From Ylistrum balloti (taxonomy: Eukaryota): 64,000 nucleotides of DNA. Location of the stretch: positions 248,001 through 312,000 of the forward strand of contig NW_026781913.1 of the NCBI RefSeq assembly GCF_031769215.1, given 5' to 3'. The notes under the pieces were generated by a model that was not told the DNA's origin, made no database searches, and saw nothing but the letters and a program-made list of their open reading frames with translations. Each line of letters begins with the position of its first letter. The first letter of the stretch is position 1. Below are positions 12,675 through 25,780 of this stretch, piece after piece. The translations under genes and the position numbers were made by a program.

Positions 12675-12695
12675 ACACACACACACACACACACA
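12675..12695. repeat. (AC)n microsatellite
   Basis: Directly visible. Confidence 0.9.
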
Positions 12696-13854
12696 TATAT
12701 TTTTTTCGAATATCCCTTTTAAATGATAAGATATGGATGAATTTTGAAAATGTTTGGTTACTAAATTATGAAGCACTTTTAGTAGGTTTTCAGCAGTAAA
12801 GTTAGTTTTGTATAATATATTCGCATTTCTGACAGACTTACCATCACTATTGGTCTTTATAAAATCAATACCTGATGGTATCCGTCGTCATCTGATGATA
12901 AATAGTTAAAATGTGTCTTCAGATAAAATTCATTTACAATACATTACAACACAATAACATCCTATACGGAAGATATCGTTTTTAAATTGTGTAAACATTG
13001 TTTTAATATGAAATATTACGGATTGAAATAAATTGGAAAATCACATTCCCTTCAACAGTGTCTATCATATTTATCTGATCCACTCTGCTGGTGAATCCAA
13101 GTTTCGAGTTTCAATTTAAATTGATTTTCTCAGATACATTAAACTGCTTAACGAATGGTAACACTATATCAACACAGAAAAATGACACAATGGATGGTAA
13201 GTATACAGTAATACTACATAATGTTTACATAATTTTTATTATAATAGTTTGATTAAATTGCTTAATAAAAGACAAAGAGAATATAATAATTTTTTGTGAC
13301 AACTTGATAATATCGTGTACATTTTAACTAAATTAGAAACACTACGATAATAAAATGGTAGACATTTCTATATCAAGTCTATCATTCTCACATCTTGACA
13401 CTGGAATAAACAGTGAAATTTATCCCTATAGAGTTAAAACAAAGTGAACATTTTGTGTCTTGTCATTGGACATTGTGCCACCTTCCTGTTTCGATTGTAA
13501 ATTTCATATTACAACATGTAAATTTTAAAATTACCATAAAACTCACCACGAGAAGCACTTTCAATATCGGACTTCCACTTTTGCATAAATTGATCTATTA
13601 ATTTTGTTAAAAAGTATTGCAATGTAGTGTTTAGTAAAGCTACACCGGTTCTGGAAAATGACACTTTGTCCTACATCAATTAAAAAATTCTATCCATTTG
13701 AACTTACACAAATTACTAACATACAACTGGAACATCAATCTTTATACTAAACTACTTAGTAAAGACACATTACTAATTAGTGAACTGTAAAATTTCATCA
13801 TTCTTAGTTTTACGACTTCTTCCGTATGATAACGGCCAAGTTCACCATAAACCG

Positions 13855-14375
13855 TAAAGTTTGGTGACGTATTTCTCCACAATTCAATTCTTACATATAT
13901 ATATATACACAAAGTTTGGTGTGGTATTTCTCAACCTAAAATTCTTACATATATATGTATATATACAAAGTTTGGTGTGGTATTTCTCCACCCATGTATA
14001 TATACAAAATTTGGTGTGGTATTTCTCCACCCTAAAATTCTTACATATATATGTATATATACAAAGTTTGGTGTGGTATTTCTCAACCCTAAAATTCTTA
14101 CATATATATGTATATATACAAAATTTGGTGTGGTATTTCTCCACCCTAAAATTCTTACATATATATGTATATATACAAAGTTTGGTGTGGTATTTCTCAA
14201 CCCTAAAATTCTTACATATATATGTATATATACAAAGTTTGGTGAAGTATTTATCCTACCTAAAATTCTTACACATATATGTATATATACAATGTTTGAT
14301 GTAATATTGTATATATACAAAGTTTGGTGAAGTATTTATCCTACCTAAAATTCTTACATATATATGTATATATAT
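13855..14375. repeat. 57-bp minisatellite (~9 units)
   Basis: Unit AAAGTTTGGTGTGGTATTTCTCAACCCTAAAATTCTTACATATATATGTATATATAC; 19-aa periodicity in the ORFs. Confidence 0.95.
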
Positions 14376-14618
14376 AAAATTAAAACTCAACATTTTCCCT
14401 TTGACTTACAACACAGATTATTTAATACTGTAGTGATGCCTATTTTACTATAGGGGTCAGAATTGTCGAACAAGTTCACCTGAAATTTTGTAAAAGGATT
14501 TTAGGGTTGAGGAATACCACACCAAACTTTATATATATATATATATATGTATAGACTTCGCTACAGTATTAAATAATCTGTGTTGTAAGTCAAAGGGAAA
14601 ATGTTGAGTTTTAATTTT
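14376..14618. mobile_element. Fold-back/MITE-like element with 58-bp perfect inverted arms
   Basis: 14376-14433 is the exact reverse complement of 14561-14618. The spacer contains an inverted copy of the 57-bp unit. No TSD seen. Confidence 0.7.
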
Positions 14619-14639
14619 CCGATAACCTGAGGGAATCGC

Positions 14640-15841
14640 CTTTTGGGACTGTTTACACGGCTTTCACTTACAAATAAAGAAATAACCATTATGATTAAAT
14701 GTTACACAAGTCCACGTCTTCAATTTTTTACCGTTTATTTTAAAAATAGGGCTACTTTTTTACTTTTGCTTACAAATTTCACAACCTTTGTTTTTTTACA
14801 TTAACTTCAAGATTCCACGTTTTACAATATCTATAAAAAAATTCCAAAACTCTCTGTAAACAGCAGAATTATGGTATCGTCAGCATAAAGCAGGACAAAC
14901 AGTTCCACCAAAATGTTAAGTTCATTCTGGAATTGGTTTGTTACTGTTCCAGAGGAAGAAGTCTCCAATATCATTGGAGAAGATAGAGAATAAAAATGGG
15001 GATAAATTTCCGCCCTGCCTTACCCCTAATAAAGATGACAATGTACTCTTCCACTCCACACGTAATTTGATATTATCATACATAGTTATAATGATACAGA
15101 GACATTTTCCTTTGATTTTCTTTATTTATTTTTTTTTTTTTGTATTTTTTTTTCATAGTCCCACTCTCCATATCGTACCAAAGGCTTTTCTTAGCTCAAC
15201 AAATGTTGAAAACAGTTTTTATTTAATTTTTAGACAAAGATATTGATATAAACGTATAAAGTACAAATATTCTCAATAGTGGAATGACCTATACGGAATC
15301 GTGCTTGGCAACGAGAAATTATACAGTGTTTGAGTACAAGGTGAGCCTGTTGTTCAAAATACATGTAAATATCGTTACACTTTTCAAATCTATTTGTAAT
15401 ATTCATGAGTACATGTACATGTGAAAGTAAAGACTTTTTTACAACCCGATCTATTATCTTTTTGTACAACGCATGATACGAAATGATTAGAATTAGCATA
15501 TCTTTTTATACAATGGTACACTTTTATTTGGTACAAAATATGAAAATTCTTATCATTTTGTTAGGATTTTGTCGGCCATCGTAGTAAATAACTTACCGAG
15601 ACAGCTAATCAATGATATGTCACTGGATCCTCTGGGTCGCCTTCATACAGGGGGTTTATTTTACCTGTGATCCAGGACTTTGAGATTATTCCGGAATCAA
15701 ATATCAGTTAAGCAATTTACATATAATTATAAGTGCCTCCTCGGGAAAGTATTTTATATATTCATTTAATATATTATCAATACCAGATGTTTAGACGCTT
15801 TGAGTTCCTTAACACACTTTTTTCAATTCATCAAATGTTAT

Positions 15842-15876
<35 letters not shown>

Positions 15877-16900
15877 TTCTTTGAAAACGATAAACAGTGA
15901 ATCAATGGTAATATAGCTACGTTCGCTATTTTTAGTTTTAGTTGATTTTTTTTTATAATTTAGCAGATACGTGTAAGTCATGCGCACTTTGTGAAATGGT
16001 GCATGATTGCATATAATTTTCACATTCGTTAATTGATGTTCTGTTGTACTTTGATTTATTGTTGTTAAATGTCGCACGAGCATCTTCACACTTCTTATCA
16101 AACAAGGATTTATTTTTAAGCCTTTACTTTCAGTTTCGTTTTCTTATCTGATCTTCCGTTACTTTTAACACCCATTGTCTCCCGTGCTGTATTCAACACT
16201 ATATCACAAAAACTGACACAACTTGATTAACACTACATCTGTCACCAATGTTATGAGCATTCAAGATGTCTTCCTGTCACTTATTCTCTTTAATCTATCT
16301 TCATTAACTGTTCCAATATATTCGTCTGCTTTAGTTTAACGAATCCGACTGATTTAGATTCCACAGCAAACCATTCTTTCTCAACAAATTCAATCGAGAT
16401 TGGACATCAGAGAACATTTGATTAAAGTCATAAATTTCGAAACTGATGATAGAATTAACCATATATGTACTGAACAGTTAATACTATACCACGCCCACTC
16501 CTTTACAAGTGCATTCTAACACCTTTGCCGTTATGTAGCTTACTATTACCTATAAATAGTGATCATCTTTTACACATATCAATTAATTTCGTACCGGAAT
16601 TATTAGTTTTCATTTGAAATGTTCTCAGCATTTTTATCCCTCTGAAAACTATTTCTAAACGTGATACAATCACTCTAAATATAGATGCAGTCAGGAAAAC
16701 CCCACCTGTGGTGATCGACACCCTCCAACCGAATATATTACAAGTTTGATTCACTATGTATTTTACTGGTATTTATCACAGTTTAAAAGTATCAAACAGA
16801 GATTTTCGAATCTTGTAAAAGGCCAGTTTGTGTGAAATGTTGATAAATTTGATCCACTGTCTACATGGGTACTTTATATATTAAAGTGGAGATAACATGC
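14640..16900 (-). mobile_element. Decayed LINE ORF2 (endonuclease + RT), CR1/L2/RTE-X-like
   Basis: Minus-strand motifs LLYADDT (14874-14893), LLGVRQGGNLSPFLFSIF (~14975-15035), LRKAFGTIWRVGL (~15160-15200), ILNNRL..CQARFRIGHST (15270-15370). Endonuclease-like KTNNSGTKLIDMCK..FEIYDFNQMFSDV at 16400-16620. Confidence 0.85.
15844..15876. repeat. (CAT)11 microsatellite
   Basis: Directly visible; explains the poly-Met ORF 15838-16101. Confidence 0.95.
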
Positions 16901-17464
16901 AATGTACAGGGATCGTATGACACAAGTCTGATGAAACGAGAAATAGACTTGCATGTCACAGGCCAAATATAACAACAACGTAATTGCATGCCATTCTTTT
17001 ATTGGGCCTTCCTGTGAACAGCTATTGCATGAAACCCCTGAAAAAAATACACAAATAGCTGGCTAGTACTATGACATGGTGATATGTTACGTAACATGTA
17101 CGTTTTAATTTACTGTATACATGTCAAGTCCAATTCCGCGAATGAAAGTAATTGAAACGTAGATTATAATATTTACCTTCCAAAACCCCGTCGGTCTGGC
17201 AAAGTGCTTCATTCTGTACGCATTTTGTACTATCATGCGGGCATACGTAAACGGACCCAAGAGGATACGTCCGTATATTTTCATTTTATTCCTACTGACA
17301 CGCATTTGAATGAAATACCTCTTGTATCTAATAATTTCCTCGTGGATGTTGAAATTCGACTTCAGACGATGACATGAAGTGAAAACTATCCGTTACAGTT
17401 ATCTATAGCTTAGTGGTACACTAACATGTACAGTTTGAACTATTTCATTTGTTGTTGAATGTTG

Positions 17465-19012
17465 CCGACGAAGGCCTAGTGATCTGAGTATTCTATCCGA
17501 CGAAGGCCTAGTGATCTGAGTATCCTATCTGACGAAGGCCAAGTGATCTGAGTATCCTATCCGACGAAGGCCTAGTGATCTGAGTATCCTATCCGACGAA
17601 GGCCAAATGATCTGAGTATCCTATCCGACGAAGGCCTAGTGATCTGAGTATCCTATCCGACGAATGCCTAGTGATCTGAGTATCCGATATGACGGAGGCC
17701 TAGTGATCTGAGTATCCTATCCGACGGATGCCTAGTGATCTGAGTATCCTATCCGACGAAGGCCTAGTGATCTGAGTATCCTATCCGACGGATGCCTAGT
17801 GATCTGAGTATCCTATCTGATGAAGGCCAAGTGATCTGAGTATCCTATCCGACAAAGGCCTAGTGATCTGAGTATTCTATCCGACGGATGCCTAGTGATC
17901 TGAGTATCCTATCCGACGAAGGCCTAGTGATCTGAGTATCCTATCCGACGAAGGCCTAGTGATCTGAGTATCCTATCCGACGGAGGCCTAGTGACCTGAG
18001 TATCCTATCCGACAAAGGCCTAGTGATCTGGGTATCCTATCCGACGAAGGCCTAGTGATCTGAGTATCCTATCCGACGAAGGCCAAGTGATCTGAGTATC
18101 CTATCCGACGGATTCCTAGTGATCTGAGTATCCTATCCGACGAAGGCCTAGTGATCTGAGTATCCTATCCGACGAAGGCCTAGTGATCTGAGTATCCTAT
18201 CCGACGAAGGCCAAGTGATCTGAGTGATCTGAGTATCCTATCCGACGAAGGCCAAGTGATCTGAGTATCCTATCCGACGGAGGCCTAGTGACCTGAGTAT
18301 CCTATCCGACGAAGGCCAAGTGATCTGAGTATCCTATCCGACGGAGGCCTAGTGATCTGAGTATCCTATCCGACGAAGGCCAAGTGATCTGAGTATCCTA
18401 TCCGACGGATGCCTAGTGATCTGAGTATCCTATCCGACGAAGGCCTAGTGATCTGAGTATCCTATCCGACGAAGGCCTAGTGATCTGAGTATCCTATCCG
18501 ACGGAGGCCTAGTGACCTGAGTATCCTATCTGACGAAGGCCAAGTGATCTGAGTATCCTATCCGACGGAGTCCTAGTGATCTGAGTATTCTATCCGACGG
18601 AGGCCTAGTGACCTGAGTATCCTATCTGACGAAGGCCAAGTGATCTGAGTATCCTATCCGACGGAGTCCTAGTGATCTGAGTATTCTATCCGACGGAGTC
18701 CTAGTGATCTGAGTATATTATCCGACGGATGCCTAGTGATCTGAGTATTCTATCCGACGGAGTCCTAGTGATCTGAGTATTCTATCCGACGGATGCCTAG
18801 TGATCTGAGTATCCTATCCGACGAAGGCCTAGTGATCTGAGTATTCTATCCGACGGATGCCTAGTGATCTGAGTATCCTATCCGACGAAGGCCTAGTGAT
18901 CTGAGTATTCTATCCGACGGAGGCCTAGTGATCTGAGTATCCTATCCGACGAAGGCCTAGTGATCTGAGTATTCTATCCGACGGAGGCCTAGTGACCTGA
19001 GTATCCTATCCG
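17465..19012. repeat. 32-bp minisatellite (~48 units)
   Basis: Unit CCGACGAAGGCCTAGTGATCTGAGTATCCTAT with GGAT/GGAG/GGAGT variants. Confidence 0.98.
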
Positions 19013-19019
19013 TTTCTGA

Positions 19020-20000
19020 ATTACCTTGACATAGACTATATAAAGGGTTACATAAAGGGGACAAGGTCTATGACGTTGAGGTGTCTTTTATCATGTACAT
19101 GTATACAGTTGGTACAGCATTAACTGCACCAGATAAGATAGATAATACAACTTGATAAGTGATGTCACAAAGTAGTATTTTATATTAAGCAACAGAAAAC
19201 TCAAATTGTTCATTTTAGAAACCCGTCTGTCAAATTATAACTTTACGAGATGTATGATGTATTGAATTACATGTATTTAGATTTACGGTTAAGTGTTCAG
19301 GTGTTAATCTGTCAGTAGGGCACTGTCGGCTTTATATTCAGGTGGAAATGTGTTGTTGTTATAAGATCTACATTTCTCTGGTGGAACCAGTGTGGTTTTA
19401 TTGTGATGGAATTTGGAGACTTGATAGATCTAGAGAAGGGACCTGTAAACATTTCCTTGGAGCATCTAGACATACAAGATATATTGCGATATGGCGAGGA
19501 ATTCTTGTGGACTTAGTCAATTGACAATTTCTTTTTATTATTTCTACGTATTAAAAACTGTGATAATGGTATATGATTGCAGCCATTTAACATTAGAAAT
19601 TCCTGGGATTCCTGTGTCTGATTTCAGATAAAAACATTAAGTGATGTAGTGCATTGTATGGCCCTATCGATGTCCATGTATAAAAGAATTTTTAAACGTT
19701 GTAATTATAGAAGATAATGATATGTGACAAACTCTAGGCTCTCTATGGGAGGATGCTATCTATATTAATGTAAACAAACTACTTACCTACAGACCTGAGA
19801 ATGTTGATCCCATCACCAACGATTAGGTTTTTTGTGATCACATTAAATATAAATGAAAACCATCATTCAAATTTAGATGTGGTTCCTTGCCTCCTGAATT
19901 CAAAAAGGGTAGGCATGCCTGACCCGTGTTTCCTGTTAACAATATATTATGTAAATTATGTACAAATGTAGAAGAAGAGTATAATGTATCGCGTATTGTT
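19020..20000 (+). mobile_element. Decayed 3' half of a LINE ORF2
   Basis: DVEVSFIMY..TALTAPD (eroded LLYADD region, ~19070-19135), KTQIVHFRNPS (19196-19228), CKHFLGASRHT (~19445), FKFRCGSLP..GRH (19866) and ILCKLCTNVEEEY (~19945), matching the order of C-terminal motifs in CR1/L2-type LINEs. Confidence 0.65.
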
Positions 20001-20509
20001 CAAACGTTTGTTGGGTGGTACACTGGCTTACGCGAACATTGAAGTTGCACTATTCTCTGTGCAGTTGACAGTAATGAATGGGACTTGTGTTGCCCGTCTA
20101 CACAGAACTTTTATCTTTATTTGTAGTCTTTCGAGGTCTGTCATACCTAGGACGTGTTTGTCAATTTCTAAAGTGTTTTTTTTTAAGTAGAATTTGATGA
20201 TTTACCACCAGTACACGTGCTAACGCTGTTTTAAATGGCAAAGTAAACTTTTGTATTAGAGCACAGAGTACCACAGTTTAATCCAGGTTATCGATAAGTA
20301 GAGTGTTTCCCTTGGTCGCACACATCGTTAAACACAAAAGAAGACACTGCACGGAATACGGGTAAGTATATCTCTACAAAAGGACAAAAAGTTTGATCAA
20401 AATTTTCATTCTGAAGTTGACAGTCCCTAACATAAGGCCAAGTGTATAGATACATGAGGACTAGGCACAAGTTTTCCAACTTACAAAGATATCGCAAATC
20501 CCCTAGTTA

Positions 20510-23401
20510 AATCTGTATATAACGGTCACACCAAAGTATCATATCTCCTGGATAAGTCTGTATATAACGGTCACACCAAGGTACCGTATCTCCTGGAGAA
20601 GTCTGTATATAACGATCACACCAAGGTACCATATCTCCTGGATAAATCTGTATATAACGGTCACACCAAGGTATCTCCTGAAGAAGTCTGTATATAACGG
20701 TCACACCAAGGTACCGTATCTCCTGGAGAAGTCTCTATATAACGGTCACACCAAGGTACCGTATCTCCTGGAGAAGTCTCTATATAACGGTCACACCAAG
20801 GTACCGTATCTCCTGGAGAAGTCTCTATATAACGGTCACACCAAGATATCTCCTGGATAAGTCTGTATATAACGGTCACACCAAGGTATCTCCTGTAGAA
20901 GTCTGTATATAACATCAGACCAAGGTACCGTATCTCCTGGAGAAGTCTTTAAATAACGGTCACACCAAGGTACCGTATCTCCTGGATAAGTCTCTATATA
21001 ACGGTCACACCAAAGTATCTCCTGGATAAGTCTCTATATAACGGTCACACCAAGGTACCGTATCTCCTGGAGAAGTCTCTATATAACGGTCACACCAAGA
21101 TATCTCCTGGATAAGTCTGTATATAACATCAGACCAAGGTACCGTATCTCCTGGAGAAGTCTCTAAATAACGGTCACACCAAGGTACCGTATCTCCTGGA
21201 TAAGTCTCTATATAACGGTCACACCAAAGTATCTCCTGGATAAGTCTGTATATTACGGTCACACCAAGGTACCGTATCTCCTGGAGAAGTCTGTATATAA
21301 CGGTCACACCAAGGTACCGTATCTCCTGGAGAAGTCTCTATATAACGGTCACACCAAGGTATCTCCTGTAGAAGTCTGTATATAACGGTCACACCAAGGC
21401 ACCGTATCTCCTGGATAAGTCTGTATATAACGATCACACCAAAGTACCATATCTCCTGGATAAGTCTGTATATAACGGTCACACCAAGGTACCATATCTC
21501 CTGGAGAAGTCTGTATATAACGGTCACACCAAGGTACCATATCTCCTTGAGAAGTCTGTATATAACGGTCACACCAAGGTACCATATCTCCTGGAGAAGT
21601 CTGTATATAACGATCACACCAAGGTATCTCCTGGATAAGTCTGTATATAACGGTCACACCAAGGTATCATATCTCCTTGAGAAGTCTGTATATAACGGTC
21701 ACACCAAGGTACCGTATCTCCTGGATAAGTCTGTATATAACGATCACACCAAGGTATCTCCTGGATAAGTCTGTATATAACGATCACACCAAGGTACCAT
21801 ATCTCCTGGATAAGTCTGTATATAACGGTCACACCAAGGTACCGTATCTCCTGAATAAGTCTGTATATAACGATCACACCAAGGTACTATATCTCCTGGA
21901 TAAGTCTGTATATAACGGTCACACCAAGGTACCATATCTCCTGGATAAGTCTGTATATAACGGTCACACCAAGGTATCTCCTGGATAAGTCTGTATATAA
22001 CGATCACACCAAGGTACCATATCTCCTTGAGAAGTCTGTATATAACGGTCACACCAAAGTACCATACCTCCTGGAGAAGTCTGTATATAACGATCACACC
22101 AAGGTATCTCCTGGATAAGTCTGTATATAACGATCACACCAAGGTATCTCCTGGATAAGTCTGTATATAACGGTCACACCAAGGTACCATATCTCCTGGA
22201 GAAGTCTGTATATAACGATCACACCAAGGTATCTCCTGGATAAGTCTGTATATAACGATCACACCAAGGTATCTCCTGGATAAGTCTGTATATAACGGTC
22301 ACACCAAAGTACCATACCTCCTGGAGAAGTCTGTATATAACGATCACACCAAGGTATCTCCTGGATAAGTCTGTATATAACGATCACACCAAGGTATCTC
22401 CTGGATAAGTCTGTATATAACGATCACACCAAGGTACCATATCTCCTTGATAAGTCTGTATATAACGGTCACACCAAGGTACTATATCTCCTGGAGAAGT
22501 CTGTATATAACGGTCACACCAAGGTACCATATCTTTCTGTATATAACGGTCACACCAAGGTATCTCCTGGATAAGTCTGTATATAACGATCACACCAAGG
22601 TACCATATCTCTCCTGGAAGAAGTCTGTATATAACGATCACACACCAAGTACCATATCTCCTGGAGAAGTCTGTATATAACGGTCACACCAAGGTACCAT
22701 ATCTCCTGGAGAAGTCTGTATATAACGATCACACCAAGGTACAATATCTCCTGGAGAAGTCTGTATAATAACGATCACACCAAGGTATCTCCTGTATATG
22801 GACCTCCTAAGTCTGTATATAACGATATATAACGTATATAACGTCACACAAGGTACCTGTATATAACGGTCACACCAAGGTACCATATCTCCTGGAGAAG
22901 TCTGTATATAACGATCACACCAAGGTATCTCCTGGAGAAGTCTGTATATAACGATCACACCAAGGTATCTCCTGGATAAGTCTATATATAACGGTCACAC
23001 CAAAGTACCATACCTCCTGGATAAGTATCTCCTGATAAGTCTGTATATAACGGTCACACCAAGGTACCATATCTCCTGGATAAGTCTGTATATAACGGTC
23101 ACACCAAGGTACCGTATCTCCTGGAGAAGTCTGTATATAACGATCACACCAAGGTATCTCCTGGATAAGTCTGTATATAACGGTCACACCAAGGTACCAT
23201 ATCTCCTTGAGAAGTCTGTATATAACGGTCACACCAAGGTACCGTATCTCCTGGAGAAGTCTGTATATAACGATCACACCAAGGTATCTCCTGGATAAGT
23301 CTGTATATAACGGTCACACCAAGGTATCATATCTCCTTGAGAAGTCTGTATATAACGGTCACACCAAGGTACCGTGTCTCCTGGAGAAGTCTCTATATAA
23401 C
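20510..23401. repeat. 45/40-bp minisatellite (~2.9 kb)
   Basis: Unit GTCTGTATATAACGGTCACACCAAGGTACCATATCTCCTGGATAA; the 40-bp variant lacks CCATA. Confidence 0.98.
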
Positions 23402-24094
23402 GCTTGTTAACGATATTTTTGGGGTACCATTTTTTGCGACTTTTGCTTATCCGTGAAAATGAAAGAATTAATAAATAAACAAATAGATGCGATCCTCGCA
23501 ATTGATTTCTTTATATCCTCCATGTAAATCGGTTAAATAATGTAACTTGACGTCAATAAACTTCTCTGTAAAACTCCTTTAGCTATCTTCTTTGAAAGCG
23601 GTCATCGTTGACAGAGCTTTTATCATTTACAATAGTAACTTAAAATCTAACTTCTATGAACATATAAGTTGACGGATTGAAAAGGAAACCTGACCACCAT
23701 ACCTTACAACAAGGCTACACGAATTTTATATCGTTATCTGACGTTCATAAAGATTCACCCATGGAGAGAAGTAAAGGGAGCGTACATGGTGTTGTCCTTT
23801 CCTACAGTGTGTCTTTGTTACGGGACGTTGAGAATTCTACTTCAGAATAATAAACAACCCTTGTGTCCATTACAATATGGCACGCTGACCCTCTTAAAAA
23901 TGTAGGTAATGATGATATGGTAATGTGTTTTTAAACATTCAACTGATACCTGACACAAACAAGTCTTTTCTTTCAGAAATCTGACTTTATAGCGCGATGC
24001 AATTTTACTAAAGAAGGGCCAAAAAGAAACACCTATGTGAGGAAATATACCAAAACAAGATATTTCAACAACCATCAACCGAACTAATATAGTC

Positions 24095-24935
24095 TACAGA
24101 GTCAAAACAGTGGCCTACAGTGGTACTACAGTGGTCTACAGAGCAATTAAAGTTGTCTGCAGAGCCAAAACAATGGACAACAGAGCCAATAAGTTGTCTA
24201 CAGAGCAAACACAGTTGTCTACAGAACCAATACAGTTGTCTACGGAGCCAACACAGTTAACTACAGGGCGAATACAGTGGTCTACAGAGCCATTAAAGTG
24301 ATTTACAGAGATAATACAGTGGTCTACAGAGCCATTACAGTGGTCTACAAAGTTAATACAGTTGTCTTCAAAGTCAATACAGTTGTCTATACAGTTAATG
24401 CAGTTGTCTACTGAGCCAATACAGTTGTCTACAGAGCTAACACGGTGGTCTACAGAGATAATACAGTTGTCTACAGAGTCAATACAGTTGTCTACAGAAC
24501 CAATACATTTGTCTACAGAGTCAATACAGTTGTCTACAGAACCAATACAGTTGTATACAGAGCCAGTTTTGTCTACGTAGCCAACACAGTTAACTACAGC
24601 GCGAATACATTGGTCTATAGAGTTAATACAGTTGTCTATAGATATAATACAGTTGTCTACACAGCCAATACAGTTGTCTTCAGAGTCAATACAGTTGTCT
24701 ACAGAACCAATACAGTTGTCTTCAGAGTCAATACAGTTGTCTACAGAACCAATACAGTTGTCTGTAGAGTAAATACAGTTATCTTTAGAGTTAATACAGT
24801 TGTCTACAGAGCCAATACAGTTGTCTACAGAGTCAATACAGTGGTCTACAGAGATAAAACAGCTGTCTACAGAGCCATTACAGTTGTCTATAGAGATAAT
24901 ACAGTTGTCTACAGATCAAATACTGTTGTCCAGAA
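24095..24935. repeat. 21-bp degenerate minisatellite
   Basis: Unit AATACAGTTGTCTACAGAGCC; 7-aa periodicity. Confidence 0.95.
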
Positions 24936-24964
24936 CCATAACAAATTTACAGTAAAATCAAAAT

Positions 24965-25227
24965 GACTCAAAAAGTCAAAGCACAAGGACTCAAAAAGTC
25001 AAAGCACAAGGACTCAAAAAGTCAAAGCACAAGGACTCAAAAAGTCAAAGCACAAGGACTCAAAAAGTCAAAGCACAAGGACTCAAAAAGTCAAAGCACA
25101 AGGACTCAAAAAGTCAAAGCACAAGGACTCAAAAAGTCAAAGCACAAGGACTCAAAAAGTCAAAGCACAAGGACTCAAAAAGTCAAAGCACAAGGACTCA
25201 AAAAGTCAAAGCACAAGGACTCAAAAA
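24965..25227. repeat. 23-bp perfect tandem repeat (~11 units)
   Basis: Unit GACTCAAAAAGTCAAAGCACAAG with no visible substitutions. Confidence 0.97.
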
Positions 25228-25780
25228 GACAACAGACAACGAAAAATTGTCTGCAGCGTAAATGCACATTGGAAAGTAGTATACTCTCAGTGCATAAGCA
25301 ATACCTATTGAAATAGGTACAAAGAGGCCACAGCATTAGTGATGAAGACCGCGATCAGAAATGAATCTGACATTGTAACTTTTTCTGAAACACCATGTGA
25401 CCAGAAGAGATAATAATTTGTCTAGTGCTGCGCGTCAGACGTCTGCCTGTCTGATATCTTAGTGTATTTCATGGTAGTCGATTTTGTAATCTCTTGCTTG
25501 TATTAGGTATATGTTGATAACGATGTATCTGCCTGGCTATAATTAGGCACAAGAATATTTAGTCAAACGCTGTTAACTACAATATATCAGACAGGGCAAA
25601 TCAATGGCGAAACGCAAATTTATATGAGAAAGAAAAAATTCAAAACATTGAACATTAAAACCATTACAGATGATATTGTACTGTGAATTGTTTTACTTTT
25701 CTCGGAAATGATCATCAAAAAGAGAAAGGAGTTGGTAGTAACCTTTCAATGCGGTAATATCAATAAAAATATAGTCAGGT

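Noticed and set aside
15838-16101. ORF ending in poly-Met
   Set aside because: Caused by the (CAT)11 microsatellite inside a decayed LINE.
20507-23501. PWCDRYIQT-repeat ORFs
   Set aside because: Translations of the 45/40-bp satellite, with frequent frameshifts.
24110-25316. VVYR/IQLSTEP and KKSKHKDS repeat ORFs
   Set aside because: Translations of the 21-bp and 23-bp arrays.
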